DNA of 64,000 bases from Candidatus Omnitrophota bacterium (lineage in GTDB: Bacteria > Omnitrophota > Gorgyraeia > Tantalellales > Tantalellaceae), in the NCBI GenBank assembly GCA_049642065.1, contig JBAROK010000099.1:85661-149660 (forward strand), read 5' to 3'. The translations under genes were made by a program, and so were the position numbers. Numbering within the stretch: the stretch's first letter is position 1; every line of letters begins with the position of its first letter. Positions 1 through 11,773 of this stretch are shown here, in pieces. Under the pieces are notes generated by a model that saw only the letters and a list, made by a program, of their open reading frames with translations, was not told the DNA's origin and did not search any database.

Positions 1-153
1 GGTGAGCTAATTCGATACTTTCGGATGGGCGTACAGATCCTGCGTGAAATACTCGATACTCACGCCTCGAAAGCTCTTAAAGACAAAGTTAAAAGAGCTA
101 TTAGACTTATCAATCGTGATATCATTGATGCGGAAAATCAGTTAAGAGAGTGA
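1..153 (+). CDS. 3-prime end of an unidentified CDS entering from upstream (frame 1 ends ...ILREILDTHASKALKDKVKRAIRLINRDIIDAENQLRE, stop at 151-153)
   Basis: Open frame from the window edge to TGA at 151-153; the only plus-strand coding signal here. Product not recognisable from 50 aa. Confidence 0.3.
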   Translation, partial: GELIRYFRMGVQILREILDTHASKALKDKVKRAIRLINRDIIDAENQLRE

Positions 154-194
154 ATATCGCAAGAAGAAGACCGCCAACATCTTCAACTATGTCG

Positions 195-389
195 TTACTT
201 CCCCCTTTTTGCGGAGCCTAAAGTCGCCATGCCCGCGCCTACGATAGCGCCAAGCAGAGTACTTGTCGCAGGATCCCTCGTCAAAGGACATGTCCCGCTT
301 AGAAAATTATTACACACAAAACTTGCGCCAAGACCAACTACTGCTCCGACGAACAGACCGGTCAATATCAACCAAATGTTCTTTTTCAT
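195..389 (-). CDS. small glycine-zipper membrane protein (64 aa)
   Basis: Two hydrophobic G/A-rich helices (GLFVGAVVGLGA, LLGAIVGAGMA). ATG overlaps the tex stop as ATGA (386-389), suggesting translational coupling. Confidence 0.45.
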   Translation of the reverse strand: MKKNIWLILTGLFVGAVVGLGASFVCNNFLSGTCPLTRDPATSTLLGAIVGAGMATLGSAKRGK

Positions 390-2566
390 ATCCGCTCCAG
401 GTCTATTTGATTAAGTTCGGTGTCTACCGAAAGTACTTTTACGCGTACTTTATCCCCTACAGCTATAACATCATGCGGATCTTTCACGAACTTTTTGCTC
501 AGGTTAGAAATATGTATAAGACCGTCATGATGTACTCCGATATCCACGAAAGCACCAAAATTCGTAACGTTAGTTACCTTCCCAAAAAGCCGCATGTCAG
601 ACTTAAGGTCTTCTATATCCATTATATCCTGCCTGAATTCAATATTCTCGAATTTTTTTCTGGGATCCAGGCCGGGTTTTTCCAACTCTCTTATAATGTC
701 CTGCAAGGTCGGCAATCCCACATCTTCCGAGACGTAATCCTTCGGGGATATCCGGGCGATAAGGTCCGGGGTGCCGATAAGTTTATCTACCGATACTGAA
801 AGGTTCTTCGCCATCTCTTCTACGATATGATAACTCTCCGGGTGTATGGCTGAGTTATCAAACGGATTATCGCTATTACGTATCCTAAGAAAGCCTGCAC
901 ACTGCTCAAACGCTTTTTCTCCCAGCATGAACACGTTTAACAGTTCTTGCCTCGTTTTGAACGGACCTTTTTGTTTTCTGTGTTCAACGATCTTCTCCGC
1001 CAGGAAAGAACCTACACCCGCAACATAGGTCAAAAGCTCCCCTGAAGCCGTGTTGAGCTCAACACCTACAAAGTTAACGCAAGATTCCACTACCGACTGC
1101 AGGGACTTTTTGAGGTAAGACTGGTTCACATCGTGCTGATACTGCCCTACACCTATGGATTTAGGGTCTATTTTTACAAGTTCCGATAGCGGATCCTGTA
1201 GCCTGCGAGCGATACTTATCGCGCCCCGGATAGTCACATCAAGATCCGGAAACTCGTTTATCGCAATCTCCGAAGCCGAATATACCGAAGCACCTGCTTC
1301 GCTTACCACAACCATTTTTACCTTATCCTCGAATTTTTCTTTGATAATCCTTTTAACAAAAAGAGCTGTCTCCCTGGAAGCGGTACCATTACCTATAGCG
1401 ATAAGTTCGACTTTATATTTCTGTATAAGCTGCACTATGGCCTGGGCGGCTTCTTTTTTATATTCCTGTGGAGGATGCGGGAATATCGGCAAATACTCCT
1501 TGTAATGTCCGTAATCGTCAATAACGATCACTTTGCAGCCCGTCCTGAACCCCGGATCTATACCCATTATAACCTTATGACCTGCAGGCGGATCCAGAAG
1601 AAGGTTCCTGAGGTTCTTGGAAAAAACTTTTATGGACTCTTCTTCCGCTTCTTGAAGCCGTTTATTGAATATCTCGAATTCAAGCGATATAGCGATCTTT
1701 GTATAAGCATTATTGACAGCTGTTTTTACAGCATCTACAAATATGAAACCCGGATCTTTTACCACCCTCGACTCTACATGACAAACTGCTTCTCCCTTAT
1801 CTACTTCTATCCTCCAGGAAATAACCTTTTCGTTATTGCCGCGCCTTATGGCTAAAAGCCGATGTGATGGAGCATCTTTAATGTATTCTCTTGCGTTATA
1901 ATACATCTCGTACTTGGATTTCTGGCCTTCCCATTCTTTGCGCACTTTAGTTGTAATCAAACCTTTTCTCTCAAAAAGTGAACGTATCCATCCCCTTATT
2001 TCGGCATTCTCCGCAATAGTCTCGGCAACAATGTCTACAGCACCCTGTAAAGCTTCCGAAACGGTTTTCACGCCTTTATCTTCATCCACAAAGGAATTAA
2101 GCACCTCTTCCCGCGTACCCTTAACCGGATCCTGCTTGATAAGTATCCCCGCCAAAGGTTCCAACCCTTTATCCCGGGCTATTGAAGCTTTCGTGTTCTT
2201 CTTTGGCTTATACGGCAGGTAAAGATCCTCAAGCTCTTGTTTTTCACGGCATTTTATGATTTTTTCTTTAAGCTCATCCGTTAACTTATCCTGGGAATCT
2301 ATCGTGTTAAGCACAGTTTCTTTACGCTGCTCAAGCTCAGCATAATAATGAAGTTTTTGTTGCACGTTGCGTATCTGCGTTTCATCCAAACCGCCTGTCT
2401 TCTCTTTCCTGTAACGGGCAATGAATGGCACTGTCCCACCACCCACAAGCAATTCAATGGTACTTACCACCAGAGCAATATCCAGGCCCAGGTCTTCAAC
2501 GATATTTTTGTATATCAGTTTTCTGCTAGTTGCATAAACGCTTTTCTTTGCGGTTTCTTCTGTCAC
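386..2566 (-). CDS. tex: Tex-like transcription accessory protein (YqgF + HhH + S1 domains)
   Basis: 726 aa; FIARYRKE motif and C-terminal S1-like region typical of Tex. Confidence 0.9.
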   Translation of the reverse strand: MTEETAKKSVYATSRKLIYKNIVEDLGLDIALVVSTIELLVGGGTVPFIARYRKEKTGGLDETQIRNVQQKLHYYAELEQRKETVLNTIDSQDKLTDELKEKIIKCREKQELEDLYLPYKPKKNTKASIARDKGLEPLAGILIKQDPVKGTREEVLNSFVDEDKGVKTVSEALQGAVDIVAETIAENAEIRGWIRSLFERKGLITTKVRKEWEGQKSKYEMYYNAREYIKDAPSHRLLAIRRGNNEKVISWRIEVDKGEAVCHVESRVVKDPGFIFVDAVKTAVNNAYTKIAISLEFEIFNKRLQEAEEESIKVFSKNLRNLLLDPPAGHKVIMGIDPGFRTGCKVIVIDDYGHYKEYLPIFPHPPQEYKKEAAQAIVQLIQKYKVELIAIGNGTASRETALFVKRIIKEKFEDKVKMVVVSEAGASVYSASEIAINEFPDLDVTIRGAISIARRLQDPLSELVKIDPKSIGVGQYQHDVNQSYLKKSLQSVVESCVNFVGVELNTASGELLTYVAGVGSFLAEKIVEHRKQKGPFKTRQELLNVFMLGEKAFEQCAGFLRIRNSDNPFDNSAIHPESYHIVEEMAKNLSVSVDKLIGTPDLIARISPKDYVSEDVGLPTLQDIIRELEKPGLDPRKKFENIEFRQDIMDIEDLKSDMRLFGKVTNVTNFGAFVDIGVHHDGLIHISNLSKKFVKDPHDVIAVGDKVRVKVLSVDTELNQIDLERI

Positions 2567-4590
2567 TTTTTCCCCGTTTTCTTCTTGTATTTCGCCTGCT
2601 GATGAGCAGACTCCCTTTCGTCGTTGCTCAGCAATTTCTTCAGGCGATGAATCTGATCGCGATAGACTATTGCTTTTTCAAATTGCAGATTCCTCGCAGC
2701 TTCTTCCATCTCGCCTTCAAGCTGCGCAAGCACTTCAAGAATATCATATTCTTCTTCCGTCTCACCGGTAACATCTTGGACTATCTCTTTAGCCTGCCTG
2801 TAAGCCTCAATCCCGTCTTTTATAGCCTTTTTGATGGTCTTAGGCTCTATGCCATGTTCTTCGTTATATTTGATCTGTTTTTTTCTTCTCGCATCGGTAA
2901 CATCAATGGTCCTTTTCATCGAGCCTGTTATATTATCAGCATAAAGGATAACTTCACCATTAATGTTCCTGGCAGCCCTCCCAGCTACTTGTATCAAAGA
3001 CGTCTCGCTCCTAAGGAATCCTTCCTTATCGGCATCAAGTACCGCTACAAGAGATACCTCCGGTAGATCCAGCCCTTCTCTTAAAAGGTTTATCCCAACA
3101 AGGCAGTCGAATTTACCAAGACGCAGATCTCGTATAATGTCGATCCGGTCTAGTGCATTTATTTCAGAATGAAGGTACCGCACGCGCAGTTTCATCTCTT
3201 TTAAATAACGTGTAAGCTCTTCTGCCATACGTTTTGTAAGGGTGGTAACAAGCACCCTTTCTTTTTTATCGGCACGCCCCTTTATTTCTTCAACAAGATC
3301 ATATATCTGGTTCTTCGTGGGCCGTACGGTAATCGGTGGATCTATCAGCCCCGTCGGTCTAATGATCTGCTCGGCGATTACCGAACTTTTCGAAATCTCC
3401 AAATTCCCCGGGGTTGCCGATACAAAAAGCAGCTGTTTAACAATATCCATGAACTCCTCGTATTTAAGCGGCCGGTTATCCAGCGCAGAAGGCAACCGGA
3501 AACCGTATTCCACCAGCGTCTTCTTGCGCGCCTGATCACCGTTATACATAGCGTGCAGCTGCGGTAAAGTCACATGGGATTCGTCTATTATCACAAGAAA
3601 ATCTTTCCCCAAATAATCCAGAAGACACCACGGTCGGCTCCCAGGCTCTCTGCCGGAAATATGCCTTGAATAGTTCTCGATACCGTTACAGTACCCCAAC
3701 TCGCCCAACATATCCATATCGTATTTGGTTCTCGTCTCAAGCCGCTGCGCCTCCAAAAGCTTCCCATCATCCCTCAGTTCCGCAAGCCGCTCTTTAAGCT
3801 CTACAGCTATTGACCTTATAGCGGTTTTTATTTTGTCTTCGGTGGTAACGAAGTGTTTAGCGGGATATACCGCGACTTTATCCAGATCCGTAAGGATATC
3901 TCCGCTAACAACATGTATCTCCGATATACGTGTAACCTCGTCACCAAAAAATTCCACCCGATAAGCCGTTTCCTTGTACGCCGGAAGTATCTCCACGATA
4001 TCACCGCGTACCCTGAATTTGCCGCGCTGAAGTTCCACATTATTGCGTTCGTACTGGATATCAACCAGCTTTTTCAGAAACTCTTCCCTGTCTATCTCCT
4101 GCCCCTTTTCCAGGTTAACAAGCATAGTAGAATAATCTTCCGGAGAACCTAACCCGTATATGCAGGATACACTCGCAACGATAAGAACATCATTGCGCGA
4201 AAAAAGCGAACTCGTAGCAGATAACCGCAGACGGTCTATGTCATCGTTTATTGAAGCGTCTTTCTCAATATAAACGTCGGTTTGCGGGACATACGCTTCC
4301 GGCTGGTAATAATCGTAATAACTGACGAAATATTCAACCGCGTTATTGGGAAAAAACGCTTTGAATTCCGAGTAAAGTTGCGCTGCAAGAGTTTTATTAT
4401 GCGATAGAACAAGTGTGGGTTTATTGAGGTGTTCTACGATGTTCGCCATCGTGAACGTCTTGCCGCTACCGGTGACGCCAAGAAGCGTCTGGTAAGGATG
4501 TTGCTTCCTTATGGACGCAGCGATCTCTTCTATCGCCTGACCTTGATCTCCCGCGGGTTTCAGTTCAGTGACAAGTTGGAATTTATCCAT
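2563..4590 (-). CDS. uvrB: excinuclease ABC subunit B
   Basis: 675 aa; Walker [11 protein letters not shown], helicase motifs and C-terminal UvrB/UvrC interaction region. Confidence 0.95.
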   Translation of the reverse strand: MDKFQLVTELKPAGDQGQAIEEIAASIRKQHPYQTLLGVTGSGKTFTMANIVEHLNKPTLVLSHNKTLAAQLYSEFKAFFPNNAVEYFVSYYDYYQPEAYVPQTDVYIEKDASINDDIDRLRLSATSSLFSRNDVLIVASVSCIYGLGSPEDYSTMLVNLEKGQEIDREEFLKKLVDIQYERNNVELQRGKFRVRGDIVEILPAYKETAYRVEFFGDEVTRISEIHVVSGDILTDLDKVAVYPAKHFVTTEDKIKTAIRSIAVELKERLAELRDDGKLLEAQRLETRTKYDMDMLGELGYCNGIENYSRHISGREPGSRPWCLLDYLGKDFLVIIDESHVTLPQLHAMYNGDQARKKTLVEYGFRLPSALDNRPLKYEEFMDIVKQLLFVSATPGNLEISKSSVIAEQIIRPTGLIDPPITVRPTKNQIYDLVEEIKGRADKKERVLVTTLTKRMAEELTRYLKEMKLRVRYLHSEINALDRIDIIRDLRLGKFDCLVGINLLREGLDLPEVSLVAVLDADKEGFLRSETSLIQVAGRAARNINGEVILYADNITGSMKRTIDVTDARRKKQIKYNEEHGIEPKTIKKAIKDGIEAYRQAKEIVQDVTGETEEEYDILEVLAQLEGEMEEAARNLQFEKAIVYRDQIHRLKKLLSNDERESAHQQAKYKKKTGKK

Positions 4591-5480
4591 TATTTCACGA
4601 TGATCTCAAGACTAAAATCCAGTGGCTCTATAGTTCCTGTAAGGGAACCGGAAGATATGATATCTACTCCCGTAGAAGCATAATCCTCGATATTGTCCAG
4701 TGTTATGCCGCCGGAAACTTCGAAGAGAACTTTCTTATCCAGTCCTTTTTCTTTCCGTAAGGCAACTGCTTGCTTTATCGTATCAGGCGCCATATTATCA
4801 AGCAATATGACATCCGGCCCTTCTTCCAAGGCGTATTCGCATTCTTTGAGGGTTTCTACTTCTATCTCCACCTTTATGTTCTTCTGAACAAAAGCCTTTG
4901 CGCGCTTTATGATCTCCTTTATTATCTTGGAGCTGTCACGCGTCTTCATCTGATACCCGAACGCTCTTATATGGTTATCTTTTATGAGAACCATATCCCA
5001 CAGACCTTTCCTGTGGTTATGCCCTCCACCTACCGTAACGGCGTACTTGTGAAGATATCTGTGAAGAGGTATAGTCTTTCTCGTATCATATATCTTAATA
5101 GCAGCACTGCCTGCAGCATCCACCATTTCTCTGGTCTTTGTAGCAACCCCGCTCATAATGCTCAAGAAATTAAGTGCTACTCTTTCACCTTTCATGATAG
5201 ACCTGGCACAACCTTCAACAAAAGCTATTTCCTGATCCGGTTCGATACGGTCCCCTTCCGCTACTTGCGGGCGGAACCTTACCTCAGGATCGACCGCCGC
5301 AAACACCTTCTCCATAACATCTATCCCACACACTATACCTCTGCCTCGTGAGATCACCACGGCATCCGCGACCAAAGATTCTTCAAGCACCGCTTGTGAA
5401 GTAAGATCTCCTGTCCAGATATCTTCTTTCAGGGCGAATCTGATTATCGTTTCTATTCTTTTTCTATCAATATCTGTCAT
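4590..5480 (-). CDS. nadC: nicotinate-nucleotide pyrophosphorylase (quinolinate phosphoribosyltransferase)
   Basis: 296 aa; typical NadC core (KDNHI, TRKT motifs). Confidence 0.9.
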   Translation of the reverse strand: MTDIDRKRIETIIRFALKEDIWTGDLTSQAVLEESLVADAVVISRGRGIVCGIDVMEKVFAAVDPEVRFRPQVAEGDRIEPDQEIAFVEGCARSIMKGERVALNFLSIMSGVATKTREMVDAAGSAAIKIYDTRKTIPLHRYLHKYAVTVGGGHNHRKGLWDMVLIKDNHIRAFGYQMKTRDSSKIIKEIIKRAKAFVQKNIKVEIEVETLKECEYALEEGPDVILLDNMAPDTIKQAVALRKEKGLDKKVLFEVSGGITLDNIEDYASTGVDIISSGSLTGTIEPLDFSLEIIVK

Positions 5481-6199
5481 ACCTGACCTACATTAAATAG
5501 TTTTTCTACTTCTTTTTGTGTCAACTCCCGGTATTCGCCAGGTTTAAGACAGCCCAGTGTCAGGTTGGCATAACGAGTGCGTTCCAGTGCCGTTACCTTT
5601 GCTCCCACTTCTTCGAGCATCAACCTTATCTGCCTCTTCCGTCCTTCATGAAGAACTATTTTCAGGACGTCACCTTTTACGGTCCTTTTTACTCTACGTA
5701 TAATGCAAGGAGCCGTCTTTTTCCCTTCCAGATCTATTCCCCTTTCAAGCCGTTTTGAATCTTTCTGGCTTAAATATCCGGTTATAGTTACACGATATTC
5801 CTTTTCGATCTCAAAGCTGGGATGCGCCAATCTGTGCGTAAGCGTACCGTCATTCGTTACGACAAGTAAACCCGTAGTATCCTTGTCCAGCCGACCCACA
5901 GGATAAAGCCGCGCTTTTATCTTCTTGAAATAATCAGTGACTTTCTTACGGTCATGCGTATCGCTAACGGTAGATATGACGTTTTCGGGTTTATTGAAAA
6001 GAAAATAGTATTTCTTCTCTTCCTTCGGAAGAGGACGCCCGTCGATAAGTATCTTGTGCTCTTCGGGGTCTATCCTATGCCCCTTCTCAGTAACGACTTT
6101 GCCGTCTACTTTTACCTTACCATTCTCAATAAGCTGCGCTGCGCGTCTTCTTGAAGCGATTCCAGCATGGGCAAGGACATTTTGTAAGCGTTTCTTCAT
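5477..6199 (-). CDS. rluB: 23S rRNA pseudouridine synthase, RluB/RsuA family
   Basis: 240 aa; N-terminal S4 domain (GIASRR) and catalytic GRLD motif. Confidence 0.85.
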   Translation of the reverse strand: MKKRLQNVLAHAGIASRRRAAQLIENGKVKVDGKVVTEKGHRIDPEEHKILIDGRPLPKEEKKYYFLFNKPENVISTVSDTHDRKKVTDYFKKIKARLYPVGRLDKDTTGLLVVTNDGTLTHRLAHPSFEIEKEYRVTITGYLSQKDSKRLERGIDLEGKKTAPCIIRRVKRTVKGDVLKIVLHEGRKRQIRLMLEEVGAKVTALERTRYANLTLGCLKPGEYRELTQKEVEKLFNVGQV

Positions 6200-6205
6200 A
6201 ACGCG

Positions 6206-8896
6206 TTATTTAAGGGCTGCTACGTTCTCTTTGAGGTTGGCCACTTCCGCTTGAAATTTATCCCGTTTGGCCTTTTCCTTATCAACTACATCCTCGGGAG
6301 CGTTCTTAATAAAATTCTTGTTAGAGAGTTTCTTGTCGATACCACTAAGGTATTTTTCAATATCATCTATCTTCTTGTTTATGCGGGACACCTCTTTATC
6401 GATATCCACGGCATTCCCCAGAGGAACGAAAAGCTTTATTTTCTCAACCAGTGCCGCTACAGATTTTTCGGGCCTATCTATATTTTTGTCGACAGTATTC
6501 ACCTTACAGCGGCCCAGCCGTTCAATATAAGGCATATTCTCTTCGAGTATCTGTTTATCTGTTCCCGATGCGACACTAAAAAGAACGTCGACAACTGCTT
6601 TAGTCTCTATGTTCCAGAAAGCCCTTATATTGCGAATAGAGGTAATGGAACTGATCAGTTTTTCCATCTCGGCTACGGCTTTGTCATCATCATGCTCAGG
6701 ATTAGACTCCGGCCAGGCAGAAACCATTATCCATTTATCCGCATCGCCCGGAATGTTCTGCCATATCTCCTCGGTAATGAACGGCATAAAGGGATGTAAA
6801 AGCTGTAAACAACCTCTGAGTACTTTCACCAGAATTTTTTGTGTAGTCTCTTTGTCTTCCGATAGTTTCGACACTTCAAGGTACCAGTCACAGTATTTGT
6901 GCCAGATAAAATCATACAAAGCCGAAGAGGCATCATTAAACCTGTACGCTTCAAGGCTTTTGGTGACCTTCTCTATCGTACGGTTAAAACTGCTGAGTAT
7001 CCACTTATCGGCAAGTGTAAGACGGTCTGCATCTATATCCCCTTCCAGGAGGCTTTCGTCAAGGTTCATCAGGACATATCGCGAAGCGTTCCACAGCTTA
7101 TTAGCAAAGTTCCTACCCAGTTCGAATTTTTCTTTTGAAAGAAAAACGTCCTGCCCCTGGGACGTTATGGAGATAATACTGAACCTCAGCGCATCGCTGC
7201 CTACCTCAGATATCACGTCAAGCGGATCGATAACGTTACCCAAAGATTTAGACATTTTAGTACCAGTCGCATCGCGAACAGTTCCGTGGATATAAACGTC
7301 TTTGAACGGTATGTCGTTCCTGAATTTAAGACCCGCCATTATCATCCTGGCTACCCAGAAGAATATTATCTCCTGAGCTGTAACCAAAGCATCCGTCGGG
7401 TAGAATGTATCAAGCTCTTTTGTCTTTTCGGGCCAACCCATTGTAGAGAACGGCCAAAGCCAAGAACTGAACCAGGTATCAAGCACATCTGGATCCTGCT
7501 CCATATCCGTCCCTCCGCAATGAGGGCATTTTTCGGGAGCCTCTTCACCTACGTAGATGCCTTTGCCACCGGGACCGTCTACATTAACGTCTCTAACGAT
7601 ATCGTATTTAAGGCAGTCTTTACAGTACCATACAGGTATACGGTGCCCCCACCATATCTGACGGGAGATACACCAGTCGCGTATATTCTCCATCCAGTTG
7701 AGATAAACCTTGGTCCACCTTTCGGGATAAAACTTTATCTTACCGTCCTTTACTACTCTAATGCCTTCTTTCGCCAAAGGTTTCATCTTAACAAACCACT
7801 GTTTGGAAAGACGCGGCTCAACCACTACATGACAACGGTAACAATGACCTACAGCATGACGATGGTCCTCGGACTTAACGAAAAGCTGCCGTTGTTTGAG
7901 GTCTTCTACTATGGTCTCCCGGCACTCGAATCTGTCCAGCCCTTCGTATTCTCCACCGATCTCGTTTATGGTGCCATCGGGATTCATAGCGATCACACTT
8001 TGGAGGTTATGCTTAACGCCAAGTTCGAAGTCTACCGGATCATGCGCAGGAGTAACCTTAAGAGCTCCTGTACCGAATTCAGGATCAACATCTTCATCGA
8101 ATATTATTTTTAGTTCCCGCTTCAGGATAGGAAGTATAAGCGTTTTTCCTTCAAGTTTCTCACGTCTCGGATCTTTAGGATTCATCGCAACAGCCACGTC
8201 CCCCAGCATGGTTTCAGGACGAGTCGTAGCAACCACAATATAATCCTCGTTCTCTTTCTCAAGCTTTTCCTTCCCCTTTACCGGATACTTGATATAGTAA
8301 AGCATGCCGTCTACGTCGCGGTGCTCGGCTTCTTCATCGCTAAGTGCGGTCCCACAACGAGGACACCAGTTGATTATATAATCACCTTTATAAATCAGGC
8401 CGTCCTCATAAAGACGTATGAAAACTTCCTTAACCGCCCTCGAAAGACCATCATCCATTGTGAACCGTTCTCGCTCCCAATCACAAGAACATCCCAGTTT
8501 TTTAAGCTGACGTATTATGGTAGAACCGTATTCTTCTTTCCATTCCCACACCTTTTCAAGGAACTTTTCGCGCCCAAGATCGGTCCTCTTTGCCCCTTCT
8601 TTGGCAAGCTTCCTCTCCACCACATTCTGGGTAGCTATACCGGCATGATCTGTACCGGGCATCCACATAGCTTCATAACCCTGCATGCGTTTCCATCTCA
8701 TGAGTATATCCTGAATGGTATTGTTAAGAGCATGACCCATGTGCAGTATACCGGTCACATTAGGAGGAGGTATAACTATACTGTAAGGCGTAGCTTCAGT
8801 TTTCTCGTCTGCATGAAACAATTTTTCTTCAGACCACGCATTGTATGTTTTCTCTTCTATCTGATGAGGGTCGTACTTTGTGGGGATCTCTTTCAT
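6206..8896 (-). CDS. valS: valine--tRNA ligase
   Basis: HIGH-type motif GHALN and KMSKS motif present. The six-frame ORF extends to 8977, but the conserved N-terminus begins at the internal Met (MKEIPTKYDP) at 8896, one nt after the cimA stop. Confidence 0.95.
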   Translation of the reverse strand: MKEIPTKYDPHQIEEKTYNAWSEEKLFHADEKTEATPYSIVIPPPNVTGILHMGHALNNTIQDILMRWKRMQGYEAMWMPGTDHAGIATQNVVERKLAKEGAKRTDLGREKFLEKVWEWKEEYGSTIIRQLKKLGCSCDWERERFTMDDGLSRAVKEVFIRLYEDGLIYKGDYIINWCPRCGTALSDEEAEHRDVDGMLYYIKYPVKGKEKLEKENEDYIVVATTRPETMLGDVAVAMNPKDPRREKLEGKTLILPILKRELKIIFDEDVDPEFGTGALKVTPAHDPVDFELGVKHNLQSVIAMNPDGTINEIGGEYEGLDRFECRETIVEDLKQRQLFVKSEDHRHAVGHCYRCHVVVEPRLSKQWFVKMKPLAKEGIRVVKDGKIKFYPERWTKVYLNWMENIRDWCISRQIWWGHRIPVWYCKDCLKYDIVRDVNVDGPGGKGIYVGEEAPEKCPHCGGTDMEQDPDVLDTWFSSWLWPFSTMGWPEKTKELDTFYPTDALVTAQEIIFFWVARMIMAGLKFRNDIPFKDVYIHGTVRDATGTKMSKSLGNVIDPLDVISEVGSDALRFSIISITSQGQDVFLSKEKFELGRNFANKLWNASRYVLMNLDESLLEGDIDADRLTLADKWILSSFNRTIEKVTKSLEAYRFNDASSALYDFIWHKYCDWYLEVSKLSEDKETTQKILVKVLRGCLQLLHPFMPFITEEIWQNIPGDADKWIMVSAWPESNPEHDDDKAVAEMEKLISSITSIRNIRAFWNIETKAVVDVLFSVASGTDKQILEENMPYIERLGRCKVNTVDKNIDRPEKSVAALVEKIKLFVPLGNAVDIDKEVSRINKKIDDIEKYLSGIDKKLSNKNFIKNAPEDVVDKEKAKRDKFQAEVANLKENVAALK

Positions 8897-8897
8897 A

Positions 8898-10502
8898 TTA
8901 TTTCTTTTTCTTCTTCTTTTTTGTATTCCTGCTCTCGTCCTTAACGAACTTATATTCAATAGAATCTCTGAGAGCAAGCCAGCTGGCTTCGATGATATTC
9001 TCGGAAACCCCTACCGTCCACCAGGAATCGTCCTTGTCATGCGACTGGATAAGAACTCTTACTTTTGCCGCTGTACCAGATTTTTCGTCAAGCACTCTGA
9101 CCCTGAAATCCGTCAAGTGCATCTCAGAAAGCGACGGAAAGAACTCTTTCAGGCTCTTTCTGATAGCCTGGTCCATCGCATGAACCGGGCCGTCACCCAA
9201 AGATACGGTATGCCTGAGCTTACTACCGATCTTCAGTTTCACGGTAGCCTCGGAAATAATTGGCCCATCGGCTCTTTTTTCAACAATGACCCTGAAATCG
9301 TTCATATCAAAATGTTGTTTAAAAGTTTTTGATGCTTTTCTCATCAAAAGCATAAGGGATGCCTCCGCTAACTCAAATTGGAACCCCTCTTTTTCAAGAT
9401 CCTGTACGTGGGTTAAGATATCCTTTGCCTTATCTGATTCTTTTTCGATCTCTATGCCCAGCTCTTCAGCTTTACTGATAATACTGGATTTACCTGAAAG
9501 CTCAGAGATAAGCATTCTTCTTTTGTTTCCGACTTTCACGGGATCGAGATGTTCGTACGTCTTTGAATTCTTAAGCATCGCGTTAACATGAACCCCCGCT
9601 TTGTGGGCAAAAGCGCTTTTACCCACATATGGCTGCGAATCTTCAAGCTTAACATTAGAAATCTCAGCGATATACATAGCGGCTTCTGTAAGCTCTTTAA
9701 ATTCGAATTTGGAAAGACAATCCATTCCAAGCTTGAATTTCAGTGCTGGCAGGATCGATACGAGGTTAGCATTACCGCACCTTTCGCCATAACCGTTAAA
9801 AGTTCCCTGTACATGAACACAACCAGCCTGAACCGCAGCAACTGAATTCGCAACAGCCATATCGGCATCGTTATGCACATGGATACCCAGAGGCGCCTTT
9901 ACTTTTTCGGCAACATCCTCCACGATCTCAAAGATGCGGCTAGTAATAGTGCCACCATTGGTATCGCAAAGCACCAGACACTCAGCACCGCCCCTGCGAG
10001 CAGCTCTAAGAGTCTCAACAGCATATTCCGGGTTATCTTTATAACCATCGAAAAAATGTTCGGCATCAAAAAATACTTTCTTGCCCTTTTTCTTGAGGTA
10101 TTTTACCGAATCCTCGATCATGTTAAGATTCTCTTTAAGTGATGTTTTGAGAACCGTCTTAACGTGAAGGTCCCAACTTTTTCCGAAAATGGTTATATAT
10201 TTGGTCTTTGCCTTAAGAAGGTTCTTGATGACAGGATCTGTCGCCGGTTTTGAGTTCGCTCTTCTTGTGCTACCAAAAGCCGTAAGTTTGGAGTTCTTAA
10301 GTTTTAGCGACTTAGCGGCTTCTTTAAAGAACGTGTCATCCTTAGGGTTAGAACCCGGCCATCCACCTTCAATAAAATCGACACCTAATTCGTCCAGTTT
10401 CTGGGCTATCCTGACCTTATCCTTTACAGTAAAGGATATGCCTTCGAACTGAGCCCCGTCCCTTAACGTAGTATCGTATATGAACACCTTTTTGTTTTTC
10501 AT
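8898..10502 (-). CDS. cimA: (R)-citramalate synthase / 2-isopropylmalate synthase family (long form with LeuA dimer domain)
   Basis: 534 aa; LRDGAQ and HVHNDAD HMGL-like motifs plus C-terminal regulatory domain. Ends in an unusual poly-lysine tail NTKKKKKKK. Confidence 0.75.
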   Translation of the reverse strand: MKNKKVFIYDTTLRDGAQFEGISFTVKDKVRIAQKLDELGVDFIEGGWPGSNPKDDTFFKEAAKSLKLKNSKLTAFGSTRRANSKPATDPVIKNLLKAKTKYITIFGKSWDLHVKTVLKTSLKENLNMIEDSVKYLKKKGKKVFFDAEHFFDGYKDNPEYAVETLRAARRGGAECLVLCDTNGGTITSRIFEIVEDVAEKVKAPLGIHVHNDADMAVANSVAAVQAGCVHVQGTFNGYGERCGNANLVSILPALKFKLGMDCLSKFEFKELTEAAMYIAEISNVKLEDSQPYVGKSAFAHKAGVHVNAMLKNSKTYEHLDPVKVGNKRRMLISELSGKSSIISKAEELGIEIEKESDKAKDILTHVQDLEKEGFQFELAEASLMLLMRKASKTFKQHFDMNDFRVIVEKRADGPIISEATVKLKIGSKLRHTVSLGDGPVHAMDQAIRKSLKEFFPSLSEMHLTDFRVRVLDEKSGTAAKVRVLIQSHDKDDSWWTVGVSENIIEASWLALRDSIEYKFVKDESRNTKKKKKKK

Positions 10503-10525
10503 GGTAAACCTCTTATTAGTTCCAG

Positions 10526-11773
10526 TTATCTTACTGCCTTTTTTCTCGGTTTCTTGCCTAGTTCAAAAGCCTTATGTATCGCCTTTACAGCGGCATCCGC
10601 ATGTTTATTGCTAATAACACAGGATATTTTGATCTCGCTGGTGGAGATCATCTCAATGTTTATTTTCTTTGAAGCCAGGGCTCTGAACATTCTGGCGGCT
10701 ACACCGGAATGACTACGCATGCCAATACCAACAACCGATACTTTAGCGATGTTTTTATCGAACTTTACGCCTTTTGCCCCTATCTGCTTACCTATCTTTT
10801 CAATCACTCCCTGGGTCTTATGCAAATCCTTCTTTGATGCCGTAAAAGAAATGTCCGTGGAACCTGTACGGGATACGTTCTGGATGATCATATCTACGTT
10901 CACGTTAGCTTTGGCCAGTTTTTCGAACATCCTGCTGGCTTCCCCAGGCTTATCCGGCACATCACAGATAGTAACTTTAGCTTCGCTTTTATCAGCGGTA
11001 ACTCCTCTTACAAGAACATCTTCCATCGCTTTGACCTCCCTAGTTATCATAGTACCGGCATCCGGATGCATGCTGGACCTCACGTGCATGGGAATGTTGA
11101 ATTTACCCGCTACTTCCATGCTTCTGGCCTGCATAACCTGCGCCCCCAACGACGCCAGCTCAAGCATCTCTTCATAACTTATTGTTTTAAGTTTCCGGGC
11201 GTTTTTGACCAATCTTGGATCCGCCGTATACACACCCTTGACATCGGTATATATTTCGCACATATTAGCATTCAAGACTTTCGCAAGGGCGACTGCCGTC
11301 ATATCTGAACCGCCCCTACCGAGAGTAGTAATCTCCTGGTCCAGATTGACCCCCTGGAATCCCGCAACGATAACAATCCTGTCTTTTTTTAATTCTTTCT
11401 TGATCCTGGTAGTACTAACATCGAGTATCTTCGCCTTCGTATGCGAAGAATCGGTCTTAATGCCTACCTGAGCCCCGGTGAAAGAAATAGCTTCGTATCC
11501 TATCTTATGCAAAGCCATCGCCAACAAAGCTACCGAAACCTGTTCACCCGTAGCCAGAAGCATATCAAGTTCCCTCTCAGGAGGATTCTTGGTTATCTGG
11601 TCCGCCAACTCCAAAAGCTCATTAGTCGTGTCCCCGAGCGCAGAAACTACAACAACCACGTCGTAGCCTTTTTTCTTGCAAACGGCAACTCTTCTAGCCA
11701 CACCTTTTATCCTTTCAGGATTAGCTACACTCGTTCCGCCAAATTTCTGGACTATCACTCCTTTTTTTCTCAT
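10526..11773 (-). CDS. lysC: aspartate kinase
   Basis: KFGGTSV N-terminal motif and ACT domains. Likely start is the internal Met (MRKKGVIVQKFGG) at 11773, overlapping the upstream stop as TAATG. Confidence 0.9.
   Translation of the reverse strand: MRKKGVIVQKFGGTSVANPERIKGVARRVAVCKKKGYDVVVVVSALGDTTNELLELADQITKNPPERELDMLLATGEQVSVALLAMALHKIGYEAISFTGAQVGIKTDSSHTKAKILDVSTTRIKKELKKDRIVIVAGFQGVNLDQEITTLGRGGSDMTAVALAKVLNANMCEIYTDVKGVYTADPRLVKNARKLKTISYEEMLELASLGAQVMQARSMEVAGKFNIPMHVRSSMHPDAGTMITREVKAMEDVLVRGVTADKSEAKVTICDVPDKPGEASRMFEKLAKANVNVDMIIQNVSRTGSTDISFTASKKDLHKTQGVIEKIGKQIGAKGVKFDKNIAKVSVVGIGMRSHSGVAARMFRALASKKINIEMISTSEIKISCVISNKHADAAVKAIHKAFELGKKPRKKAVR

Noticed and set aside
263-799. Plus-strand ORFs of 60-275 aa throughout the window (e.g. 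263..799, 2530..3066, 7286..8113, 24411..24977, 56625..57347) lying antisense to the minus-strand genes
   Set aside because: Each lies entirely inside a well-supported minus-strand gene with recognisable conserved motifs. Their translations are low-complexity, Ser/Leu/Phe-rich shadow frames with no start or RBS context. Only 58563..59768 and the edge fragment 1..153 are credible plus-strand coding.
8897-8977. N-terminal extensions in the six-frame ORFs for valS, lysC, hom, lepB, trpD, hisA, hisD, alaS and recX
   Set aside because: The conserved protein N-termini begin at internal Met codons. Those Mets coincide with the upstream gene's stop, often as ATGA/TAATG overlaps. The extensions are read-through of the preceding gene's 3-prime end in another frame.
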